The notes beneath the pieces are model-generated. The model saw only the letters and a list, made by a program, of their open reading frames with translations, was not told where the DNA came from and ran no database searches. 64,000 bases of DNA from Tubulanus polymorphus (lineage: Eukaryota; Animalia; Nemertea), in assembly GCF_964204645.1 (NCBI RefSeq), contig NC_134029.1, positions 19,524,950-19,588,949 of the forward strand. Reading direction: 5' to 3'. This document shows positions 38,498 through 50,509 of this stretch, piece by piece. Numbering within the stretch: position 1 is the first letter of the stretch; the number at the start of each line of letters is the position of its first letter. The translations under genes and the position numbers were made by a program.

Positions 38498-39605
38498 TTA
38501 TAGCGTGGGTTTAAAACTTCATTATACAGGAGGTACTTGATTGATAAAAAACGATTGATTAAAGATTATGTGCTCAGCAGCGTGTCAGCAAAGGAATCTT
38601 TCTTTTACAAAATGTCTATTTTCATACTTTGATTAAAAGGCAGTCCTGAGTCACTTTGTCTGACATTTAAGTAGAAAATCTAATCGAGTGAGTCATATGG
38701 AATATCTATTTGCCAAACATCAATTGTTTTTCTCGATTTGGAAATCTTTTAATCTTATCAAAACGTCTAGAAATATGTCGAGTAAATGTTTGCGCGAACT
38801 CGTTCAATGACACCCACATATCGATGTTACATGAAATGTTTGTGCCTTTGTTTTGATGTATATTGTGGATACAACAAACACTGTTTGGATTAGAATTGAT
38901 CGGGTTTATGGTAAAACGCGAACGACCTTTAAAATACGTCCAGACATATAGTTGATGATCAAAGGAGATAAAACGCATTCCCACAATCAAAGAATCCTTT
39001 CTGAAACGATGTTTTCGTCACCGATACTTTTTCTCCTTTTTTTGTGTAATTTTGAATCATAGTTATCGTGAACTTTTTCCTCCTGATTAAGAAAAAAGAA
39101 GGAAATACCCAGCGAAATTTTTCTTCATCATTTATATCGGGGTCAGAAATATCTATTCAAGCATTATTTAATGTTCCCTCTGCTAAGTATAATACGAACT
39201 ATATATAAATGGTCGGATATTCGATTAGATTGACAGAAATCCGAACTGACACACATAGACAGACATTTTTAATGGATTTATCCGGACTCACAGACGGATG
39301 ATCAAATTAGGTGCAAGGGAAATGAGTGGACGATGGATTTTGTTTGATTATGGTGTAAACATACACATATATGATTTGATATAAGTGGACAGTGGGCCTG
39401 ACGGACCAGTGGGCCGGATATATATTTAGATTTGAGAGAAGTGTGTTATCACAGCTTTTGGTAGCTACAGTTTTGTACGTGTCAATGATTAGCGTTTGGA
39501 ATTAGAATTAGTTTCCATAAGGCTTTTTATATTACTCGGAAACAGGATCCCCTCCCTGAATTTTGCAAAAACCATCAATTGAGTAGAAACTTTGTTTAGT
39601 CCTCC

Positions 39606-39671
39606 TTCGTGTTTTCATCAGAATAATTCAATAGGAAAAAAAAATTGTTAGTCTTTATTTTCAATCTAGTA
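39606..39671. repeat. dispersed repeat fragment (partner at 8850-8902)
   Basis: Shares TTCGTGTTTTCATCA and GTCTTWATTTTCAATSTAGT with 8850-8902. Confidence 0.6.
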
Positions 39672-40516
39672 AGTTGTAAACGGTTTTTTTTCATATCAAA
39701 TTTCACCTCCCATCATCCTAATCAAATTCATCACAATTTCAATACCTGTTTTCAGTCCTCCGAAAATTTATGCACAAAAAACTCAAATAATATTATGATA
39801 CAAAAAATAATTCTAATTTCTTTCCTATTCCATTTAACGCCTTTCATAATCTTTTTAAGTTTTTACTTTTTCCTTTCGCCTTTCCACTTTTTCTTGAAAA
39901 ATCCTAAATACAGATAAAAATCAGCTGGTACTAAGAAAGGTGATACTCCATTGACCAATACTCCATTGACCACGTTATCTTAAAAAGAAAAAAAAAATCT
40001 AAATTAACGAATGTGTTGTTGGCATCCCCCCTCGCGCGCTATACGTCGTGCCCACAGATTGCAAGCAAGCAACGCGCAGAAACGGTTTTTATAGCTCAAT
40101 ATATCACACACGATATGGCATCGAGCTCGTGGAATGTGTGTAAATCATACCGAAAAAAATACAAGCGACCATAAATCATATATTTGCCATTCGTTCAAAA
40201 TGTGTTTCATCTCGTCTGTTTTGGTTGAGCAGATTGATTTTCCCGCCTATGGTCATTGATTACAAGTGGGGAAATCTGAAATGGCATCTCCGCGCCGGCC
40301 AATTGTGTGAAATTCCGCAAAAGCTCGAGCGCGCCAGGAAAAATCGTCTAGATCGAGTGGAGACGGCAATCGGCAAAGTGTGAGCGACGAAATGGACATC
40401 GATCATCGATCGCGTCGTCTCGGGGTTCGAATGACGGACGGACCGAAGGGAAAAAACGGTCACTAGGCTACTCTTGGTCCTGCGAATCGATCATCCCGTA
40501 ATTATATTCACCAGCG

Positions 40517-40644
40517 GCCGGTTTTATAGACTGGTATCAACTTAAACCCGGGGGCTAACTCAATTCATTGTCATTCATTGAGTTAACTCAATTGAAAATG
40601 AGTGAGCCCCCGGGTTAAAGTTAATACCAGTCTATTAAACGGGC
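40517..40644. mobile_element. 128-bp foldback MITE
   Basis: About 46-bp arms GCCGGTTTTATAGACTGGTATCAACTTAAACCCGGGGGCTAACTCA / TGAGTGAGCCCCCGGGTTAAAGTTAATACCAGTCTATTAAACGGGC with about 5 mismatches. Confidence 0.85.
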
Positions 40645-41749
40645 TTCAGGTTATGGTTATTGATTTAACAATTTACGAAAAAATATTCGTAAAAGCACTG
40701 GCTCAATTCTTATTTTGGCGATCAACTAGTCGCATTTCCTCCGATGCCAATCACTTACGATAAAAGTATTTGCAAAATCTAAACGAATTTCAAATAACGA
40801 TAATCAGGTCAGGGTTGTAGATTGCCGGGACTACACGGATATTTTTCCACTTTCAAAGGACTTCGGTCTATTTCATGTGACATTTACGAATCGCGAGATC
40901 AACGTTGCTATTCCACTGAAGCGGCGACGCCGAAACGAAGTGTGATGATACCTCTGCGTACTTCATCACTCATAAAATGCGCTTTAAAACATCCATTTGC
41001 GTAAGCCAAGAAATTGATTTCTTCCAGGAGTGGTTTGTGCAGTACAGTACTGTAATGAGAAATATGTCGTTAATATTTAATGACTTTCTGTAATTGTCAG
41101 TGTGACACACGCAGGCCGGACAGATAAGTCATTTGCGCTATGATTATGGCTTGACAATATAGTAACAGTTTATACCATCTGTTAAAAAAACAACCTCTCA
41201 AAAAGCTGATATACGTACCATCAAGTAGTGTAGAATCGACTGTGTAAATAGATCTTCTGAAGATCAGCTTTTTGTAGAGCAAGATATTCGACATTCGACA
41301 TTCGACATAAAAAGTGTATATCAACTACGTTTTGTGGGTTAGGATTATTTCATTAACTTAACCCTCTAAATTCACCTAAGGAACTGGCACCCGATTCTGG
41401 TTATATCAATTTATTGTTCAATCGATTCTAAATCGAAAAATTGAGTATTTTTCTAATCGATTCGCTTCCTTAACGAAATACCATTTCGTTATTCAAATTG
41501 ATAGAATCGGTAAGGAGTAAAATGAATAGATGGTTATAGAATATCTTTGACTGAAAGATACATTTTCATTCATCATCAATCGAACTAATCTCGTGAACAA
41601 AATACCCCCCCCCCCCCATTTTGACTTCCTTATTTCCGTTGTTCGATTCTTTTTAAGCGATTATTTGTCGATGTGTGATTATTTTTCCTCCAGTTGAATA
41701 GGTGTTTACGTGACTCAATTTCCTAATGATAATAATTAATTGAAAATGC

Positions 41750-42120
41750 CGGAATCGCGCGCCGAGCCAAGCTAAAGCGCGGCGGCGGCGGCGCATAATA
41801 TTCGAACAATAGGCAGAATTCGATTTCAACGAGTGACAATCCAAAAAGACACCGATGACGATTTTCAGCAGCGCACGGAGTTACCCGTGTCGACGTAACG
41901 CGTGGGCCGACGTATCGGTCTTTTGTAAAGATACATTTTGCGTGGTCGTCGTGTGAGTATCGGAATGCTCGGTAAGACAACGCGTGGTATACCTCCACCA
42001 ACACCGCCGCCACCGACGATCACACATTGTCTTAAACGCGATCGAGATAAACCCGAACGATGACTTATCCTACCCGGTTCGTGTAACCGTATATAAGCCG
42101 TTAAACGTTCGCTTCGTTCA
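41750..42120 (+). promoter_or_regulatory. candidate Pol II promoter
   Basis: GC/CpG-rich stretch with (GGC)n. TATATAAG at 42090-42097, with TCA about 30 nt downstream (42118-42120). Confidence 0.4.
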
Positions 42121-42575
42121 TCTATTGCCGATCTGATTGTCAATATTGATACAACAGGGATTTTCGTTCGGAACTCTGAACTCTTCGTCAATTCATCTAT
42201 ACGGCGCACACCACCATCGCATACCAACCCGTACGTACGCATAACGTACCGTATATAGATATACTTCACTTCAGAGACCTCTGTGCGGCTAGTTCAGCAA
42301 CGATTGAAAAACACGACACCATCGCACGCAGTTCACGGTGTTTCGATTGCTGGCTGTTACCAGCGTTGTTTGTTACCAGTAAAATATCGAGAAAAACTCT
42401 CTCTCTCTTTCTCTCTCTCCTGGACGGAATTTTTGGGAATCTATACATCGACGACGAGCGAAATACCGTCGGCGGATCGTTGCCTGTGCCAATATTCGGA
42501 AATATCGGATCATTTTTGCGGACACGCGTGTGTGTAGAAATTCGTTTCGGTTTTTCTATAAATACGCGAATAGAG
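42120..42575 (+). other. candidate non-coding first exon (5' UTR) 1
   Basis: No ATG on the + strand over 456 nt. Contains a (CT)n tract. Ends at a full-consensus donor AG|GTAAGT (42574-42581). Confidence 0.55.
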
Positions 42576-45305
42576 GTAAGTAAATATACCAATCAATTAT
42601 CGTTAACGCGGCTTGATTCTGGCGATGATCGTCACGTGTATATGTATATGTGTATATATGTAAATTCGTAACGATTGAAATTCTGCGTCCGTAAATCGGA
42701 GAGAGATATTTCTCTCTCCGCGCTCGGCGCTTTTAATTGTCCAATCAAAATTTGCCCGAATAAATATCGACGGTGTATATTAGCGCGTCTGGATCGGGGA
42801 AAACGTTCGTTCCGTTCGTTCGCTCTCGATTCGGCGCGTATTTTCAGGAAGTTTACTCTGTCGATCTATTGGATCACGGAATCTGGTGCGCGAGTAGATT
42901 AATCACTGTAGAATATTGATTGCGTATACACGGTAATGGTCTCTTTTTTGATACGAAGAACTCTCTTCGAAAATCTGTACCTTTCGCGTTTATGTTTTAG
43001 TACAATATTCATTCGGTGTTAAAAAAACGAGTTAGTATTTTCCCGATTTTTAAGTGTAGATCCGTTAGCAATTACGTAAGCTATAGAACGAGAAATACGA
43101 TATACTTTATCTAAGGAAGAAGATCCGATGACACTTTATTACGAGTTTCGTTTGATCGCCCGTGAATAATTAACGTAAGCCAATAGCTTAACTGTTTTTT
43201 TCCATAGGCGTGTGGGTTTTGCACGTGGCGTGGGCGTTGCATCGGTAGAATGTTAGGTTAGGTTAAATCTTTTAACGGACGGTCGTTTCGATATGTTCTT
43301 GAAGGAAGGCTTCGTTTAAAGTATTGGAATTATTGGTTTGTTCGTCGAACTTTGTTAAACTCAAGTTCGAATAACCTAAGGGCTTTATTTAACAAGGTAT
43401 ATACGTCGTGTAACTGGCGTTACTTATACTGTTTACTCGGTTAGTATTTATGTAATGTTATTTTTTCTAAGACTTCGAACCGATCGATGATATTGATTAT
43501 CTGCCCTCGTGTTTGAAACGGTGAATTTCGAGTCTTATTAAGTCAAATCAGTTTTCATCGTGTTCAATGCACGGATTGTATCTCTGTCTACAAAGTCTAC
43601 TAAGATACTGAAAGGGTTATTTCGAGTTTGACTCGTTCCTGTGATCATCTTGAAATATCTGTATAACGCGCTATGAATCTCGACCACGCAAACCTTTTAC
43701 TTATATTATAAACCCACATACAGTTTCGGCCTCACATTAAGCACTATCTTTAGATGAGGAATGAGGGTGTTTTATTTAGGAGGGGAATTTGATCAAAATG
43801 TAGGACTTAATTACAAGATTTGAATATTTATTCTTAGCATCATTATTGACACCTTGTAAAAGTTGGAGTTGATACGAATATTTTGGTCGAACCAAGACCG
43901 GTGCTTGGAACATGTATACCGCAGCTGGCCATTATAGACGCTCGTAGCTAGCTTCATCGGGATTCGTCATATGATAAGGTGACCATCGAACCATTTCCTA
44001 ATCCGTAGCCGATAACTACTGTTAACACCCCGAGATCGAGGGCAGGTTGACGCGATAAACTGAGGCGATGGATTCAGGAAAGTAGCTATAATTGACAGCA
44101 AAATAACACGCCAATGTCTGTGAGGCTAGACTAGAGTCTGAGTGTCTGAGTTGCTGTTGGTTTCAATTCTGTCGTCATCTGTACGTGTTTTTGTTACTTA
44201 AAGCGTTGAAACTATTCGTTTGAAATCCTTTCTTGCCCGTCGGCTCCTAAATCAATCGATCAATCATATTCATTATACAATACGTCAATGTTCTTTGTTT
44301 GAAGGGGAATAAGGATTGAGATGCTATCGAGTAGGCCGATAAAAACAATGTCTACATATCTAAAGCCACCTTTATATATAGCCACACGACTGAATCCGCT
44401 GATCAATTTGTAAAAAATGTGTCGAAACTGGATACATTCCCGATTCTGAGGAGTCATACTTGCGTGTTTAAGTAATGATACATAATTTGAAATTCAGCAT
44501 TGCTCCTCTATTGCCAGTATTCGGAATCGTTTTTATGTTCAACGAGATTTGGTTTCAGCCCTGTTGTGTGTGTGTGTGCTGCGTGTGTCGTCGCGGATTT
44601 ATCGGAAGAAAGAAAATGCATGCGACAGTGATTTCAATACCCGCGAGAATTTTGATGACGACGATGATGATGATGATACTTCGCTTCGGCACCGCTTATA
44701 ATACGTCGGTTAGTAAATGAAGAGAACCGTTTCATTCAAACTACTCGCGCAGCGGTCGTCTGCGTGTAACGAGGAATGGCTTGTACAGCGTGTTTTACCA
44801 TCGCTGACACCTTGCATCGATTTCGAATTTCAAACGTACGCCTTCGAGAAGAGGGATGGCTCCGACTCTTACATCGTAACGGAATGTACCACGTGGAACA
44901 TTTTTTCGCTTCGATCACATATGATAATGGGGTACAGTGCTACTGTGGCAATCGAGGATTCGACGTATGGCAGGCGAGGATCCGCCAGGTTCGCTAGTAG
45001 ATAGTTGTCCGTCCGCGTTTGATTTCTTCTTCGTTTCAGTTAAAACTGAATGAACTTTTCTCCCAAATGAATCCTATCGATATATGAATAGAAGAACGAA
45101 AGTTTTGTATGCTGGGTCCTGCGATAATATATGGATTCGGGAGTCTAGAAATCCCGTTCAAATCATAAGAATTTGATTTACACTCCAACCATTTCCATGG
45201 TACATGGAGGGAGACTATGAAATATAGCCTACAGTATTTACAATCAACAGAAAACGTTAACTCGTCTTAATAAAATATTGCAATGTAAAAAGACCTATCA
45301 CTCGT

Positions 45306-45348
45306 CACGCCATCTGGTGGGATAGCTGGTGTTGCGGGTACCCCATTA
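45306..45348. repeat. dispersed repeat fragment with CTCF-like motif (partner 3852)
   Basis: 25 of 26 identities to 3852-3877. Confidence 0.6.
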
Positions 45349-45959
45349 TGATTGCATAATTATTGTCACTATGACACACCGATTGCATTGACGTGCTAAG
45401 TGCCAAAAATGTAATTCAGATGTCAACGCTTCTTAGATTCGGTCGTCTAAGATTCGCGGCCGCCACACTACTGGTCGCGCCTGCCACACACGGTCGCTCC
45501 GCATAGACATCAGTAATACTGTCTAGACGAATCCTCCTAAGTCAGACTGTTCCCGTATTTTTTTCCCTACACTGAATATTCGCGAAAGAAACGATCGCAG
45601 AAACGAAATCAGCCGCGCGGGATCCAGACCGACATAACGACCGAAATTACCCCGGCAAGTGACACCGTACATACGTATGGCTTGTTATGAGGTTGAGTTT
45701 GTGCCCGGTTAGAACCGCCGTGCATCTATATATACTCTCCAAACCGTCAGCGGTATTCCGTTGCGCCGTTAAACTCACGCAGGGGTAATAAGAGTGACAG
45801 ATGCGATCAGGTGACTGCTACTGCAGGAAATGAATTTTCTGTCAAACATTGTGTTCAACGCGGCCGTACGATACAGAATCGCGATACCCCGGAATCACGA
45901 CCCGGGCTACGATCGAAAGGGTTAGCGATGTTGAAAGAATTTAGCTTACTGCCAGAAAA

Positions 45960-46069
45960 GTGACTGTAAAATTACTCGCATTCGCCGGAGATCGAACCCG
46001 GGTCTCGTAGGTAGCAAGCAAGCGTGCTAACCAGTAGACCTATAGAACTATTTCACTTGGCCAGTGGTT
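45960..46069 (-). mobile_element. tRNA-related SINE-like repeat, family 2, copy 1
   Basis: Minus strand box B GGGTTCGATCTCC and TGGTTAGCACGCTTGC. Homologous to 47791-47895. Confidence 0.7.
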
Positions 46070-46092
46070 ATACGGCTTGTCCTTAGTCTTTT

Positions 46093-46192
46093 TTTTAGTT
46101 TAGTTTATTTTGCACAACAAAAAGACATTTGCTTAGAACACAGAAAAAAATTAACAAAATTAACAATTCATGTGTGAATACACTTTAGATTT
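46093..46192 (-). repeat. probable retroposon 3' tail fragment (partner 27243)
   Basis: Homologous to 27243-27324. The minus strand ends AAATAAACTAAACTAAA. Confidence 0.6.
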
Positions 46193-46318
46193 AACCTTTT
46201 GAACGCTACTGGTACGGTTGCAGCGAGGCGTTTGCTTAAGACAAAAGTGGGCTTGCCTTCTTTATAAAAATAAGCCAGATTTATTAGAGTTTTTCTATTA
46301 GAGTTAAAAAAGTCCTAT

Positions 46319-46376
46319 AAGAGTCCTATAATATGGCGCTATATAAATTAAATTATTATCAACATTATTGTTATTA
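46319..46376 (+). repeat. probable SINE/LINE 3' tail remnant
   Basis: GGCGCTATATAAATTAAATTATTATC... resembles 38161-38223. Confidence 0.5.
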
Positions 46377-47790
46377 ACAATAGGCCTGATAAAGGCACAC
46401 CAGCACGATGATGGTTTTCGTAACTGGATGACTTAAGAACGGAAAATTATTTGAAAGGTTCATACACTAATTACGAACTTTTTAAAGGAATATTGATGTG
46501 TGTTTGTGTGAAAGGATAAGTGCCACTTGAGTAAACGACTTCCGAATTGCTCGCGAAGATATGCGGCCTCTTAGAATTAGGAATGGAGTGTGGTAGGCAT
46601 ATTTCAAATGAAGAACCCAGGTATTACGCAGTAGTATTGTCAGGCGTCACTACATCCTCAAGCACCCTTTCGAACAAAAATCCTACTCGCAAATGTCTAC
46701 GATGGGATAGATCGAAGAAACGGCATATGGGCGTATCGGATAAGTGCTCTAACCTTAACCTCAAAGCTTTTTGTTTCGCGAGACCGTTATTGAACCATTC
46801 GACGGATGATGGCTTGAAATAGCAGGTGTCAATTGCGAGAGGAACGCTGGCGATGTTGCAAAATAACAACAATCAATACGGGCAAGCGAAAGAAAGATTC
46901 GGTTCGACGCAGGGTGACAAAAAGTTCGAAAATCATACAGCCCTCCTTCGGCCAAACGGAGAACACGAATTTGCCATATTACAGATGCCGAAAATAACAC
47001 GTCACTTATCGTAAAGTTCAGCATCATGCCGCTTGTTTTACAGTCGCTAATTTGTCCGTTCAACTTCGGTTGAACTGTTGTGAATTTATTTCGGGCGTCG
47101 AAAGAACAGAGAATCAAAGGTATCGGATTGAAGAAAAAAACAAGGGAAAATCGAATTGCGCGGATCAAATGCGTATAGCGTGTGACAGGGGTGACCCGGG
47201 GTAGAGTTTTCTTGCCGGGGATGTCACTGTCATCTCATACTGATAATGGCACCCATTTGCTGATTGAATGGGAAGAACTGACGAAACATTACACGTTATT
47301 GGAACGACGGACACTTTTTACTTCGTAAATATGTTCCCCGCTCTTCGCTCATGATATATACACAACCAAACACGAGCGACGAACAGAAAGACGAAGCTTT
47401 TTTTGTAATTTTCTGAGAAATCTTTAAAAAAAATTCTGTCTGGTGTGGCAAAGATTGAAATATCGCCATTTCAGCAGTTTTTTCGACGGAAACATGCCAA
47501 TTTCATATGTGATGCGAATCGCATAAGCCTCCGTTGGATATTGAACATATTGATAACAAGATTTTGAATAAATTAGCTGCTCATCGATGATTCATTGTTA
47601 TTCAAGCCCCGTATAAATATTCTTCTGGGAATACGGCATATACGACAGACTTCTGTCGGAGCGTAGATATCCGTTTCATAGGGAAAGGCTTAAAATGATC
47701 TGTCTGCGCCATAATGTAGCCAAATCAAACCCTCGCCTAAATGATACACGCCGACGTTCCTCGCATATCCAAATTGTAACGTTTAAGAGG

Positions 47791-47895
47791 AGTGACAGTG
47801 AAATTACGCGCGCACTCACCGGAGATCGGACCCGGGTCTCGTACGTAGAAAGCAAGCGTGCTGACCAATCGAACTAGTCCTCTTGGTCGGTGGTT
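47791..47895 (-). mobile_element. tRNA-related SINE-like repeat, family 2, copy 2
   Basis: Minus strand has box A-like TAGTTCGATTGG and box B-like GGGTCCGATCTCC. Homologous to 45960-46069. Confidence 0.7.
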
Positions 47896-49578
47896 CGTAA
47901 AAAAAATTGAATTAAATTGCCTTGGAAACAAACGTAATAATCTAAACCTAAAGCGACCGATTACCCAACCACGACAGATGGCTCTTTGTCGAGACTAAAG
48001 GATTTAATTGAGATTTAAATGAGCTTTTTGAAATTTGATTTCATTTCTCGAGAATCGTTTGGGAACTAGAAACTCAACACGTGACTCAATATTTCAAAAA
48101 TCGAATTACTGAATTCGTATTTTTCGTGACTAAATCTGGCATAGTGCTTTAAGTGTTATACGGTTCATAGATATGTAAATATTGTAGTTTATATCCATGA
48201 TTTTACATATAAATATATATATTGCTCTCAACAATCCATTGTAATAGTTGAGTCACAGGGTCGTAGTTGTTGATACACCCATTAGTTCGAATTCACCTCG
48301 GAGGCATCATTTCGATAATACCATAAAATCCTACTTAAAAGTCTGGCTGGGTAAAATGCATTAAACTGTAGTTTCTGCTGGAAAAAAGTAGGGATATGGT
48401 GAGTAAATATAGCGGAACACTTTCAGGCATAAATTCTATAATTCGTTACTTAACTTGCTTTTCCAAATTAACGTATTCTTATGTGTGTATTCAACGGTAT
48501 ATCAGAATTGTATTTGTCATAATATATCGATAAACATGGTCACGTTCGATCTCTCTTATCAGGTTTTGAAAGTCTGATACCGATGAAAATAAATTCAATG
48601 ATTTTTTGTCTTCCCATCCGAACCGCATCCACGCTATGTACTCGCTAACCGTTATTTACGAATCGTTTTGAGGGATATTTAGTTTTAAGCATCGAATTCA
48701 TTTTCGATGATTTTTCGATTGTTTTTTTTTCTCGCGGAGTGTGCGACTATAAAACCGAAAAATCTACTTCCAATTAATTAACAGCGAGCAGTTTAAAAAT
48801 AGATTTGATCGTACACATATTCTATGCCCCGGGGCGTGGAAAACGTTTAGCTATCCTGAAAGTCGTGGGTGGAGCACCAGTAACGCCAGCCGCGTATAAT
48901 ATGCCCTTCGGTAATCAATCTATTCGTTAAATATCACTTTTAGGTATCAATTGAAGTTAACTCGCGTGGGATGTTTTTTGTTTAAGCCTAATGCTTTTCA
49001 CGTTTATATAAGACTCATCGCGTGTGTATAGTGGTGTCCTATGTCAATGGAAGCGAGCGCTCGGGAGATGATACTTGGAACGCGACAGTAGCTTCGTCTT
49101 CGTCGTCGTCTCGTCGAGGTACATTTGCCGTGTCAAGAAATACTTTTCAAGCCGTTCCTGCGTAACGTGAGTCGGCGAATTGTGTCCAAGGCATAGGTAG
49201 GTCTGGCAGAGGCGCTGATGCGAGTTTGATACGTACAAACCATCCGCGCGGTTTTGTCTTGAACTTTTTGTCTATTCGTCGGAATTTTTGTACGAAATTT
49301 TTACTTTGGATCGATAACTCGGAAACGCATCCGATCGTTGTCGGCAGACGATCTCGTGTCGACGATGTTTCCACTCGGTAAAAAGATCGTTTCGCGGTTT
49401 GTTGACATCGAGTAACGACGCGCGGCCGTGTTTTTCGACCTACCCTTTCTAGTGACGTCGGAATCATGTTTTGACCACACATCGTTTGAATGATACTAAA
49501 ATTGGCCGTATTCCGTATCGCGCCGTCGAGGCGTAGGACGTCACAAGCTGTATACACACACGCGCGCTTGTTGATTTC

Positions 49579-49908
49579 AGTTTTGAAGATACACCTTGTT
49601 AAAGACAATTGCGAATATCGATTCGCGTAGGCAGACAGAAGTTTGCTTTTATCGTGACGATCGGATCGCAGGACGGTGTTTACCGCTTTCTGTTTATCCG
49701 AGGTATATCGGTAACATCGGTTTAAAGTGGGATTCGCGTCGGTTGGCGGTCGTGTTCTCTCGTCAGAAATTAACCTGTCAAATCTTATCAGTCCGTTGAC
49801 CGGAAAACAAAGTCGACGCAGCTCTCTCCTAGCCGCGGCTGTCGCTGATCGGATGTTTTTTTTCTAGTTCTGTCTCTCTCGTATTTCATATAGTCACCAT
49901 CAACTCGG
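49579..49908 (+). other. candidate non-coding first exon (5' UTR) 2
   Basis: Inr-like TCAGTT at 49577-49582, with TATACA about 28 nt upstream and CRE-like sites further upstream. Only one ATG (49853, uORF M-F-F-F-stop). Donor GG|GTGAGT at 49909. Confidence 0.4.
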
Positions 49909-50384
49909 GTGAGTAAGTCATTCAATGTATACGTTTAGTCAGTCAAGTCAAGAAGTCAAGTAATGCTGTTAGAGACGAAATAATGTTCGACATCCTCGCG
50001 TATATATGATATCGTATCATTGATTAGAATAGGTTTAAAACGATTTCATATGAATATATTCATTCAGTATTGTTTGAGGAATCGATAGAAATATGTCCTT
50101 TGGGGTTTCACGTGTTTCGCGTTGCTCTAGAACCATGTCTCAATGTACCCTAATAATTTACGCTTTGCTCCGTCTAGTCCTAAATGGTTTGTGCGATGTA
50201 CAAAAAAAAGATGGTTCCTTAAGGTGGATTCTTTCGATGCAGAGACCTTTTTACAATACCGATAAACGGAATTCTTTGTCGCAACAATCAGAAATATTTA
50301 GTATTTTCGTTCATATTCGATTGGCAGATGAGCTTTATGAACAAATCCGAATTCCGTTCACTTATGAATCGTACTGTTCTAGTA

Positions 50385-50509
50385 CGGTGTCACAGAAATA
50401 GATTGACGTATTGAGTGGAGTGTCATAATGGGGATGCTGACCCTAATCCTAACCATAAATCCTGAGATCTAATGTAAGGGGTATGAATAAGGGGAGGTCT
50501 GTGACACCG
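50385..50509. mobile_element. 125-bp MITE-like element with telomere-like core
   Basis: Perfect 12-bp TIR CGGTGTCACAGA / TCTGTGACACCG. Internal ACCCTAATCCTAACCATAA. Confidence 0.65.

Noticed and set aside
48166-48199. CATAGATAT...ATATCCATG mini inverted repeat resembling the P-like MITE
   Set aside because: Only 9 bp with a mismatch, AT-rich, and no TSD.
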